Below are positions 31,520 to 40,384 of a stretch of DNA of 59,680 nucleotides, piece by piece. The notes under the pieces are model-generated. The model searched no databases and had not been told where the DNA came from. It worked only from the letters and a program-made list of their open reading frames with translations. This stretch comes from Bacteroidales bacterium. GTDB lineage: Bacteria > Bacteroidota > Bacteroidia > Bacteroidales > UBA7960. Location of the stretch: NCBI GenBank assembly GCA_007131245.1, contig SLQX01000021.1:1-59680 (forward strand). The letters are read 5' to 3'. Made by a program: the position numbers and the translations under genes. Numbering within the stretch: the first letter of the stretch is position 1; each line of letters opens with the position of its first letter.

Positions 31520-34180
31520 CTAATCCTTGCTGTTCAGTGTATCAGGCTCTGTAAATATTTCCATATCCGTGCTTAGTGATTCTATTAATTTTTCAGTGGA
31601 ATCCACCAGGTTGTGCATCGTTGCTTTCCATTGTTTTTCTGAAAAACTTCCCTGTAGCAGGACATCCGTTTCTCTGAGATGAGTCATAACCTTTTGGGCC
31701 TTTAACAGGCCAAACATATTGCTCATATTGTGTACAACTTGCTTTACCTCCTGCCGGTTGACCCTCTTAGCACTGTTTTCCAATTTAGCAAGGTGTTCTT
31801 TTGTATCTTGCGTAAAAGTTTCTATCACTGTCCTCAGTGCTTCGGGATCATTCCCGGTGAAAGCTTTTAATCCTTCCAGGCTATAATCCTTTTCCCTTAC
31901 AGGTAGTTCTTTGAGAGATGAAGGAGTAGCTTGTGGCTGATTTTGAAAAACAAAATCATCCGGACGAAAATGATGCAATAATTCCATTACTTTTTTGAGC
32001 AAAATATCTTCATCCAGTGGCTTTTGCAAGTAATCTTCCATGCCATTTTCTTTTATCTCCTGTAAAGTTTCAGGTGTAATATCAGCTGTACAGGCAAGCC
32101 AGGGGGTGCGGTCGTTCAGCTCACCTGCATGGGATCTAAACTGCTTAGCCATCTCTATACCAGTGGTACCGGGCATCTGAATATCGGTAATAATCAGATC
32201 AAATTGCTGCGATTTGAGATACTGAAACCCCTGCGATGCATCCTTCGCCTCTGTAATGGTAATTCCTTCATAAGAGCTGAAAAGGGATTGAAACAGCATG
32301 CGATTGAGCCTGTCATCATCCACCAGCAATATGCGGGCAACAGTACCAGATTGTATGGCAACAGGAACAGCTTTTTCAGGCTCCACCGGTTGCTCGGATA
32401 CCTTCATCGGCAAATCAACACAAAAAACCGACCCCTTACCCTGTTGGCTGGACACACTGATGGTACCCTGCATGAGTTCTACCAGTTTTTTGCTGATAGA
32501 CAACCCCAGGCCCGTCCCTCCATAGTTTCTGCTAGCCTGGGTATCACCCTGGGCAAATTCTTCAAAAATACGCTTTTGGGCATCTTCAGCAATACCAATA
32601 CCTGAGTCACTGACCCTTATTTTGACAGGATTTTGTCCACTATCTGTCTCAGGGTCGGAATCACTTACGTGAATTTTAACAAACCCTTGATGGGTAAACT
32701 TGATGGCATTGAAGGAAATATTCAATATAATTTGCTTAATACGTAAAGGGTCTCCCATCCTGTTTGGGTTATTCAGTTCACTGGAATCCATCTCAAAAGA
32801 AATATTCTTCTCCCCGGCGATGACGGCTAATGATGCATGCACTTCCTCCAATATTACGTTCATGTTAAAAGGCACCCTATTCAGTGAAATTTTGCCGGCC
32901 TCCATTTTGGAAAAGTCAAGAATATCATTCACAATTTGCAATAAATGATAAGAAGACTGGCTGACGGCGTCCACAAATTTGCGGCTCCGCGATTTAAGGT
33001 TTTCCTTACGCAACTGATCTGAAAAGCCAACAATACTATTGAGGGGAGTACGTATTTCATGGCTGATGTTAGCCATAAAACGCTGTTTCACCTGCAGCAA
33101 ATCCTCCGCCCTCGCTTTTTCCCTGATAAGCTGTCTTTTCAAAAAACGACTTTTATTCACATCATTTACAAACAACCACGAAAACAGCAATAAAGTCAGG
33201 AGAGATACAACTACAATTATAAAGATTTTTTCCGTGGTGATTTGAACAGTAGCATGCGCCCGCTCAGCTTCTTTCAGGGCATTAGCACTTTCGTACTCTT
33301 CCAGGATGGTAATATATTCCCAAATCCGGTCCATCACTTTTTTGTCTTCAATCAAAATATTGTTTTCCATCCTCCGAATGTTTTGTTCTCTTTTCAGCAT
33401 GGAGTTCATCATATTCATCATGGTAACTTCAATATCCCTCATCAACTCCTCGGTATCCCTGTATACCGTTATGATAGAATCTGTCTGGATTTGGTGAAGA
33501 ACTTCACGTGCAACCCGTTCATCACTTTCTTGTAATTGTTCCTCATCGTCGGAGCTATCTTCACTACTGCCACCGGTAAAAAAGTTTCTTATCCGGGTAA
33601 AAAAATTATCTTTTTCCTGTGCTATATCTTCTTGGGTTTGTTGCTCTTTCTCCTGGGGTGGCAAATCAGAAATAACACTCTGATGGGTAATCTCTTTCAC
33701 TCTGCTCTCTTCCTGGGTAGCCTGCAATATTTCATTCAATGCCTGCTCGTAAAAAGCCGACCCCTGATTCATCTTTTTTACCTGCATGAACTGGTCGAGC
33801 AGTTCTGTTTTGCTCAGCAATTCGGCATTAATAGAGTCAATGGTTTGAATAATAAATTCATCTCCCTGGGCCAGCAAGTATAAAGAATCGACTTTTTCAT
33901 TAATGGTTGAAAGCTCATTAAAATAGTCTTCCAGGTAACGCTCTTCATCATTGAGTGAATAAGACCGGATATGGCTTTCGGCATTGTATATGGATGAAAT
34001 AATATCGTGCAGCAATCCTATGCGGGCATTGGGCTTTGCAAGGGTGTCAGTTGAGCGGGTCAGTTTTTGAAAACTATCAAAAGTAAAATACAGGATCGCA
34101 GAGATCAGAATGACAATTACCGCATAACTTACAAAAACTTTAATTTTGATGTTCTTCTCGCCTTTCATCTTGCTCTTCAT
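31520..34180 (-). CDS. Hybrid sensor histidine kinase/response regulator with a CHASE3-like periplasmic sensor and a C-terminal HPt domain
   Basis: 886 aa. Order: TM, sensor (ESHIRSYSLNDEERYLEDY), acidic linker, TM, HisKA (ANISHEIRTPLNSIVG), HATPase (GTGLGLSISKKL), REC (ILLVDDD...ITDIQMPG), HPt (HNMSNMFGLL). Confidence 0.9.
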   Translation of the reverse strand: MKSKMKGEKNIKIKVFVSYAVIVILISAILYFTFDSFQKLTRSTDTLAKPNARIGLLHDIISSIYNAESHIRSYSLNDEERYLEDYFNELSTINEKVDSLYLLAQGDEFIIQTIDSINAELLSKTELLDQFMQVKKMNQGSAFYEQALNEILQATQEESRVKEITHQSVISDLPPQEKEQQTQEDIAQEKDNFFTRIRNFFTGGSSEDSSDDEEQLQESDERVAREVLHQIQTDSIITVYRDTEELMRDIEVTMMNMMNSMLKREQNIRRMENNILIEDKKVMDRIWEYITILEEYESANALKEAERAHATVQITTEKIFIIVVVSLLTLLLFSWLFVNDVNKSRFLKRQLIREKARAEDLLQVKQRFMANISHEIRTPLNSIVGFSDQLRKENLKSRSRKFVDAVSQSSYHLLQIVNDILDFSKMEAGKISLNRVPFNMNVILEEVHASLAVIAGEKNISFEMDSSELNNPNRMGDPLRIKQIILNISFNAIKFTHQGFVKIHVSDSDPETDSGQNPVKIRVSDSGIGIAEDAQKRIFEEFAQGDTQASRNYGGTGLGLSISKKLVELMQGTISVSSQQGKGSVFCVDLPMKVSEQPVEPEKAVPVAIQSGTVARILLVDDDRLNRMLFQSLFSSYEGITITEAKDASQGFQYLKSQQFDLIITDIQMPGTTGIEMAKQFRSHAGELNDRTPWLACTADITPETLQEIKENGMEDYLQKPLDEDILLKKVMELLHHFRPDDFVFQNQPQATPSSLKELPVREKDYSLEGLKAFTGNDPEALRTVIETFTQDTKEHLAKLENSAKRVNRQEVKQVVHNMSNMFGLLKAQKVMTHLRETDVLLQGSFSEKQWKATMHNLVDSTEKLIESLSTDMEIFTEPDTLNSKD

Positions 34181-34744
34181 AGGTGTGAAGTTTGTGAAAC
34201 AATGGTGCTGGTGAAGGTTCTTTCCAGATAAAAACCAATAACAAATAGGTTGTATACCCCCGGTTGGTAAATTAGTAAAACCCGCTGCTTAAAAGGGTTT
34301 AAATTTTCAGAGAGCTCAACAATTTCTATTCAAAAAAATCCGGTTTACCAAAAATACAAATTGTTTGCCTGATTATTAGCATGTAACCCTTCCTATTAAT
34401 AAACATCCACTTAGCCATCGGAATATTAATTTATCGTGCGAATACTTGTCGATTAATTACACATAGTATGAAAATAATTACACACTTTGCAATAAATGCC
34501 ACATTAAATAAGACACCTTCCAATAAATTAACTCCCTGGTAAGCAAAATGGTATACAACAAATTGTGAAATTGCGAAAATATGGCATAGTTATTACACTT
34601 AAAAGGTATAGTATTATGGACTTTACAAAAAAGAAGAGTTTACAAACCCATTGTTTGCATCATGTAACTAATTGCTAGAAATTAACTTACAACCCAAATT
34701 CAAAGCAGTAAATAACCATAATGCCTATGTTGTTTTGATCGCGG

Positions 34745-34780
34745 AAAGCCGGCTTATTAACCACAGCCGGCTTTTTTTAT
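34745..34780 (+). terminator. Orphan intrinsic terminator with no annotated upstream gene
   Basis: AAAGCCGGCT-tattaaccac-AGCCGGCTTT followed by T6. The complementary strand lacks a T run, so it is plus-strand specific. Confidence 0.7.
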
Positions 34781-34904
34781 AATGCCCTGTATAAAGATAA
34801 GTTCCACATGTATCATCAACAAGCCCCTAAAAAATCAAGTCATTGACAAACCAATTTCCGGGAAAGGTGTTAATACAGTGAAAACAAATTCATGATTGAA
34901 GAGT

Positions 34905-36209
34905 ATGAAAAACACTCCCTCCGCCCTTTTCTGGTTTCGCCGTGATTTGCGCCTGGAAGATAACAAAGCATTGTTTCAGGCATTAACAAACAACAAACAC
35001 GTTATTCCTCTTTTTATTTTTGACACTGACATTATTGACCACTTGCCACCCAATGATGCACGTGTGGAGTTTATCCACGAAAAACTACAGAACATTGACA
35101 AGGCTTTACGGATTAGAAACAGAAAATTACTGGTAGTCAAGGGAAAGCCATCAGAAGTTTTGACAAAACTTGTCAATGAATACGCCATCCAAAAGGTATA
35201 TGCAGGGAGAGATCATGAGCCCTACGGAATCAAAAGGGACGAAATAATACAAAACCTGCTCAAAAAGCAGCAAATTGATTTCTACACATTTATCGATCAC
35301 CTGCTATTTGACAAAGAAGCAGTGCTCAAAAAAGACAACTCTCCTTACCTTGTGTTCACACCTTACAGTAAAAAAAGCCGTGAAATTATCAGTAAGCAAC
35401 ACCTTGAGTATTATCCCTCAGAAAAGCATATCGAGAAATTTTTATCCCCAGGCGAGACTGAATTCCCTTCGCTGCGTTCACTTGGTTTCCGAACCACAGG
35501 AGTAGATTTCCCCCCCAGCCATGGAAAAGAATCCATCATTACAGCCTACGAAAAAACACGCGACTATCCTGCTATGGACGGGACTACCCGGTATGGGATG
35601 CACCTGCGTTTTGGTACCATAAGTATTCGCCAGTTGGCAAGGCATGCACTCAAAAACAATGAAACCTATTTTAACGAATTGCTCTGGCGCGAATTTTATG
35701 CGATGATTTTAGGGCACTATCCCCAGGTCGTTCACAAGTCCTTCAAACCCCAATATGACAATATTGAATGGCGCAATGATGAAGATGATTTTCAACGCTG
35801 GAAAGAAGGAGAAACAGGCTATCCACTGGTGGATGCCGGAATGCGTGAACTGGCTCAAACGGGTTATATGCACAACCGGGTAAGGATGGTTACAGCCAGC
35901 TTTCTGACCAAGCACTTACTTATTGACTGGCGCTGGGGTGAGGCCTGGTTTGCAGAAAAATTACTGGATTATGAGCTCTCGAGCAACAATGGGGGTTGGC
36001 AGTGGAGTGCAGGCTCCGGCTGCGACGCTGCACCCTACTTCAGAATATTTAATCCCCAGGCACAACAGAAAAAATTTGATCCTCAAGGGATGTACATTAA
36101 AAAGTGGGCCCCCAGATTAAACTCCCTGAACTACCCAAAGCCAATAGTAGATCATAAGTATGCACGGCAAAGATGCTTGGATGCTTATAAAAAAGCGCTG
36201 CAGTTCTAA
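34905..36209 (+). CDS. phr: Deoxyribodipyrimidine photolyase / cryptochrome family protein
   Basis: ALFWFRRDLRLEDNKAL N-terminus. FAD-binding C-terminus TGYPLVDAGMREL...GYMHNRVRMVTASFL...NNGGWQW. Confidence 0.9.
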   Translation: MKNTPSALFWFRRDLRLEDNKALFQALTNNKHVIPLFIFDTDIIDHLPPNDARVEFIHEKLQNIDKALRIRNRKLLVVKGKPSEVLTKLVNEYAIQKVYAGRDHEPYGIKRDEIIQNLLKKQQIDFYTFIDHLLFDKEAVLKKDNSPYLVFTPYSKKSREIISKQHLEYYPSEKHIEKFLSPGETEFPSLRSLGFRTTGVDFPPSHGKESIITAYEKTRDYPAMDGTTRYGMHLRFGTISIRQLARHALKNNETYFNELLWREFYAMILGHYPQVVHKSFKPQYDNIEWRNDEDDFQRWKEGETGYPLVDAGMRELAQTGYMHNRVRMVTASFLTKHLLIDWRWGEAWFAEKLLDYELSSNNGGWQWSAGSGCDAAPYFRIFNPQAQQKKFDPQGMYIKKWAPRLNSLNYPKPIVDHKYARQRCLDAYKKALQF

Positions 36210-36391
36210 CAGGAAGGGGTTTTCGGCCCCTTATAGCTTTATGGTATTTTTGGCATGCGTTCATTACATTGAAACCTGGACGACCTATTGCACAATACAG
36301 GAAAGTGTTTGGTTTCTCTGAAATTCTTTTTAACCGTTTAAAGGCTTTGATTTCGGAGGAATACTCCAAAGACTTTAACGTCTTATGGGAG

Positions 36392-37048
36392 TTAAACCGC
36401 TGTCTGGTGATTGATAATCACCTCAAAAAACCGGGGGTTCAGAAAAATTTCAAACCTAAGTTTCTCCATTATAGTCTTTTCATCAGGATACATGCTATCG
36501 AAAACCTTTTGGCCAAACACATCCGACAATACCCTGGCAACCAACTCGGAGCAATAAAACTTTGAAGCATCATCCAGGTCAAAGCCGTAATCAAAGGGAA
36601 TATTTTGTTCAAGATAGGACGTGGCTGAGAAAGAAATACTTTGTTGGAGTTGGGTATTGCTGGCCGCTGGCTTATAGCGTACAACAACCAAAGAGCCGGG
36701 TCTGCTGTTTCTCACAAACATCTCCAGGCTTTCCTGCTGAATGCCATCCTTGTCGGATACCCGTTGTGATAATGAATGTATAACAGAAAATTCCTGCCTT
36801 TCATTATTAACAATAATCCCTACATGCGAGAGGGGGATATCTTCCGATAGTAATTTAACTATGGAGTTACTAACAAATCCATAACCCTGCCTGAGAATGA
36901 TATCACCTTCCTTTAACCTGCTCTTTTCGATGGAGCTTAACTGATAAACAGTATGCCCGGTGTTTTGCTCTCCAGGCTTGCCTGACTGGCAAGCAATGAA
37001 AACAACACACAAAATCCCAATGACTAAATATATCCGCAAAGCTTTCAT
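36392..37048 (-). CDS. YiiX/permuted papain-like (NlpC/P60 superfamily) lipoprotein
   Basis: MKALRIYLVIGILCVVFIAC lipobox, with GDIILRQG, SHVGII and FYCSELVA (catalytic Cys context) typical of the YiiX family. Confidence 0.75.
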   Translation of the reverse strand: MKALRIYLVIGILCVVFIACQSGKPGEQNTGHTVYQLSSIEKSRLKEGDIILRQGYGFVSNSIVKLLSEDIPLSHVGIIVNNERQEFSVIHSLSQRVSDKDGIQQESLEMFVRNSRPGSLVVVRYKPAASNTQLQQSISFSATSYLEQNIPFDYGFDLDDASKFYCSELVARVLSDVFGQKVFDSMYPDEKTIMEKLRFEIFLNPRFFEVIINHQTAV

Positions 37049-37097
37049 CAGAAAATTAAAAAATATCACATATAACTATCTGCCAGGCTACTAACCG

Positions 37098-37133
37098 ACA
37101 AAAGCCCTGAAGATTAATCAACCTTCAGGGCTT
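37098..37133 (-). terminator. Probable terminator after the 143-aa lipoprotein gene
   Basis: 11-bp stem AAGCCCTGAAG/CTTCAGGGCTT with a 10-nt loop. The minus strand continues TTTTG, a weak U tract. Confidence 0.5.
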
Positions 37134-37207
37134 GAATATTATTACGTTGAAATGTTCCACAAAGCACTAACTATAGCGGGTGCAAACATATATAAACACC
37201 GGTTAAC

Positions 37208-37639
37208 TTAATCCCAGTCGGCATCTGTTTCCCAGTCAGCATCTTCATCCCAGTCCATTTCATCAAAGGGTGTATCCTTTTGCATGTCCACCAGCCAAAC
37301 TCCCTGCTTTTTCAAAAGATTAACCTCAGCCATTTCGTCATCTTCTTCAAAACGACAAATTGCTGTATCATTATCCACTTCACAATCAATGTCTGCAGCT
37401 CTCAGGAGCTCTATTTCCTCATCATCCATAAACTCTCCACCCAAAGATTGCAGAGCTTCCATCATTTCAATAAAACGCATAGTGGATTCGGTTGCATATT
37501 CAGCAGCTTTATCATACTCTTGTTGCGCCAAATGATTCATAAATCTTTCGGTGGTTTGCTCTGGCCCCAGTTCTGTCTTGCATGCATTAAAAACTAAAAC
37601 TGCTGTGGCAAACAAAAAAATTACTCTCATTGCTCTCAT
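37208..37639 (-). CDS. Small lipoprotein (DUF4878-like) with an acidic Trp-containing tail
   Basis: MRAMRVIFLFATAVLVFNAC lipobox and C-terminus DEMDWDEDADWETDADWD. Confidence 0.6.
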   Translation of the reverse strand: MRAMRVIFLFATAVLVFNACKTELGPEQTTERFMNHLAQQEYDKAAEYATESTMRFIEMMEALQSLGGEFMDDEEIELLRAADIDCEVDNDTAICRFEEDDEMAEVNLLKKQGVWLVDMQKDTPFDEMDWDEDADWETDADWD

Positions 37640-37864
37640 AATGTTTGTTTTTGAGGTTTTAAAAATTGAAATCTGAATCCACCCTGCTTTTTATTCATTC
37701 CAAAATCATTCCTTATTAGACACTTACATCATTAATTTTTAATATACTTATAAGTAGGCATAAAGAAAATAAAGATAAAACAATACTCTAACTGGTTAAA
37801 GCAGATGGTTAAACAAAATACAAATGTAAAGATACAAAATCATTAATAGCAACAGCGAAACATT

Positions 37865-40198
37865 TTATTTTTTGAATGCCACATCAGTTATATCAATTGA
37901 AATTTCAATGATTTTCACAATATTACTCTGCTCATCCAATACCGCTTTACTAGCACCCTTTAAAACAAAATATTCTCCATCTTTGCGGGTTCTTTTCCAG
38001 GTTCCCTTAACTGGAATGCCTTGTTTAATATTATTCCAGTACATTTTATAGTTTTCGGCGTTTTTCCAGTCTTGGTTATCAAATAAAACGGAGTGGTGCT
38101 GGCCTTTTAGCTCCTCTTTAGAGTATCCCGAAGCCTGTTCGTAGTTGTTGTTAACCTTTTGAATGATTCCGTCCTTATCGTATTCCATCACACAAAAAAT
38201 GCTCTCTGATGTTTCAACATGCTGAAGAAGCTCACTATCTTTGCGCTGCATCTCTTCCTGTGTGGCGTGCATCTCTTCCATGTTTTGTCGCATCTCTTCT
38301 TCTTGCGCTCTCATCTCTTCAGCTTGTTGCTGAGATTGCTCAAGCAGCTGGGCCGTTCTAATATTTATTTTCACGGTAGAAATAGTACTTGCAATATTTT
38401 CAGCAACTTTTTCAATGAAACTTACTACATGCTTTTCAAACTCTTTAAAGGCGGCCAGTTCGATAACACCATAAACCTCCTCATTGAGCAAAACGGGAAC
38501 CAGCAATATGCAGTCGGGATTTTCATCTCCCAGACCCGAGGTAATGTATATGTAATCCTGCGGCACCTGGGTGAGAAAAACGGGTTTCTTTTCCAGGTAG
38601 CAGGCACCTACCAAACCTTCACCGGGTTGAATCTTTCGGGTAACATATTTTTTGCGGTCATAAGCATAACAAGCAACAAGCTCCAGGTAAGGATCATTTT
38701 TGTCTTCATCATTAAGGATAAAGAGTCCACCCTGGTTGGCTTCCACATATTTCACCAGATTTTTGATTACATTAAAAGAGAGCACTTCCATGTCATCATT
38801 ATCCTGGCGCAAAATGTCGGCAAATTTGGCCTGCCCCTGTGTTACCCAGTTTCGTTTGTCTTCTTCAATTTGTCGTTCTTTTTGTTCATCCCTGGCTTTT
38901 TTAAGGCTATCGCGCATATCAAGCAATGCCGAACCCAGCACATCCTTGTTGCTAAGTTTTTCAAAATCAACATCCAGCTCACCCCGACCAATATTTTGGG
39001 CAAATGAAGCTGTATCTTTCAATCCCTTTAAAAGTTTATTCAAAGCAGAGGACATTTCTCCCACCTCGTCATTCCCTTTTATCTGGAGGGGTTTGGTTTT
39101 TTCGATATCACCCAGTGCAATTCTTTCTATGGTTTTGGTAGTAACAGAAAGAGGCTTGGCAATATTACCTGCTATTACAAAAATGATATAAGTTAGTATC
39201 AAAAGACCAACAATGGCCACAATTAACGATCGATAAAAAATATGATTGGCTTCAGCCACGATATAACTGCGAGGTACGGCAATTGCAAAAGACCATGGGG
39301 CGTCCGTATCACCAATAAAAATCGGGGCATATGCCATAAAGGCTTCTTCCCCCAAATCATCATTGTGGGAATAATGTGAAGTAAAGTTGCCCACCCTGAT
39401 GGCTTCCTGCATATCGAATTCGAAAGTATACGTCTCTCTTACTTCATGAATTTTTTCACCCAGTAAATCTTCATTGGGGTGTGCCACATAAGTGCCGTCA
39501 TTGGCCAACAAATACGCGTATCCTACCCCAAAGGGCTCAAGCTCCATAATTAAATCCTGGAATCTTTCCAAAATAATATCCGACCCCGCCAATCCGGCAA
39601 ACTGGTCGTTGATAACAATAGGTATGGCCGGGCTAACTTCCATTACCTGATCAGCCTCATCACCTGTATAGCTATACCAGTAGGGATCAGTTATTACCTC
39701 CTCCATGTTTTGTTTGATAACAGCATAAAGGCTTCCCGGATCGTCACCATCAGTATTGAGGGTATCTTGTTGAAAGATCATTCTTCCATTTTCTCTCAGC
39801 CAGGTTTTTCGTACTCTACCATAGGGCAGATTCCAATCCGGCAAAAGGGAGTTAAGCTCAAAGCTTACCCAAACCGAAAAAAAGTTGGGATTTCTATCCA
39901 AAAACTCAAAAAGTAAATCGGAGGTATAATCATCAAAAATCTCCTCAGGGATATCGGGAAAATTTTGTAATGCCCAGCCCAGACCCCGTGACAAGTCAAA
40001 GTCATAGTTTAACTCAGTTTTTACTTCATTGGCATATTCACGTGCCTGTGTTTGTGCAAGTTGTTCGGCGTCATTAAATGACTTGTTTCTCATGATAGAG
40101 GTAATATACCCCAAAGAAAACAGGTATATGAGGAGGGTCATGGATAAAACAAAAAACAACATTTTTTCTCTTAGACGCATATCCCTAATGTAACGCAT
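37865..40198 (-). CDS. Membrane sensor: TM, double-Cache-like periplasmic domain, TM, HAMP, GAF, EEM coiled coil, PAS. No output domain.
   Basis: ~777 aa. Cache-like PYWYSYTGDE...FAGLAGSDI, HAMP (AKPLSV...EVGEMSSALNKL), GAF (ANQGGLFIL...GVIELAAF), coiled coil EEMRAQEEEMRQNMEEMHATQEEM, and a terminal PAS-like 120 aa. Confidence 0.85.
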   Translation of the reverse strand: MRYIRDMRLREKMLFFVLSMTLLIYLFSLGYITSIMRNKSFNDAEQLAQTQAREYANEVKTELNYDFDLSRGLGWALQNFPDIPEEIFDDYTSDLLFEFLDRNPNFFSVWVSFELNSLLPDWNLPYGRVRKTWLRENGRMIFQQDTLNTDGDDPGSLYAVIKQNMEEVITDPYWYSYTGDEADQVMEVSPAIPIVINDQFAGLAGSDIILERFQDLIMELEPFGVGYAYLLANDGTYVAHPNEDLLGEKIHEVRETYTFEFDMQEAIRVGNFTSHYSHNDDLGEEAFMAYAPIFIGDTDAPWSFAIAVPRSYIVAEANHIFYRSLIVAIVGLLILTYIIFVIAGNIAKPLSVTTKTIERIALGDIEKTKPLQIKGNDEVGEMSSALNKLLKGLKDTASFAQNIGRGELDVDFEKLSNKDVLGSALLDMRDSLKKARDEQKERQIEEDKRNWVTQGQAKFADILRQDNDDMEVLSFNVIKNLVKYVEANQGGLFILNDEDKNDPYLELVACYAYDRKKYVTRKIQPGEGLVGACYLEKKPVFLTQVPQDYIYITSGLGDENPDCILLVPVLLNEEVYGVIELAAFKEFEKHVVSFIEKVAENIASTISTVKINIRTAQLLEQSQQQAEEMRAQEEEMRQNMEEMHATQEEMQRKDSELLQHVETSESIFCVMEYDKDGIIQKVNNNYEQASGYSKEELKGQHHSVLFDNQDWKNAENYKMYWNNIKQGIPVKGTWKRTRKDGEYFVLKGASKAVLDEQSNIVKIIEISIDITDVAFKK

Positions 40199-40352
40199 AG
40201 GTATCAAGTTTTTTAAAAGTGTAGCGGGTTATAATTTATAAACCTTGATGTAAGACCTGTCAAAATTTTAAATAAATGATTGGGTATGCAGCTTTAAGCT
40301 AACAAGAAGCTATGCTTGCATGATGCATCCTCAAAAACCAAACATTTACTAT

Positions 40353-40377
40353 AAAAAAACCGGAAGTTTTCCGGTTT
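40353..40377 (-). terminator. Intrinsic terminator between the two sensor genes
   Basis: Minus strand reads AAACCGGAA-aact-TCCGGTTT followed by T6. It lies 8 nt after the stop of the upstream sensor. Confidence 0.75.
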
Positions 40378-40384
40378 AAATGTA

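Noticed and set aside
34582-34596. TGGCAT-AGTTA-TTAC as a sigma-54 promoter in front of the 20-codon sORF
   Set aside because: Both the -24 (C to T) and the -12 (GC to AC) elements deviate, which is too weak to call. The TTAC is part of the recurring ATTACAC word instead.
36097-36565. Two overlapping ~90-aa ORFs in and around the gap between the convergent photolyase and YiiX-like genes
   Set aside because: Each overlaps the end of a supported gene and has no motifs. The gap instead holds a short AAGGGG/CCCCTT hairpin.
38219-39191. Antisense ORFs (262 aa and 163 aa) inside the Cache-HAMP-GAF sensor gene
   Set aside because: They lie opposite a well-supported gene. Their Phe/Leu/Ser-rich composition is produced by the complement of Glu/Lys/Asn codons.
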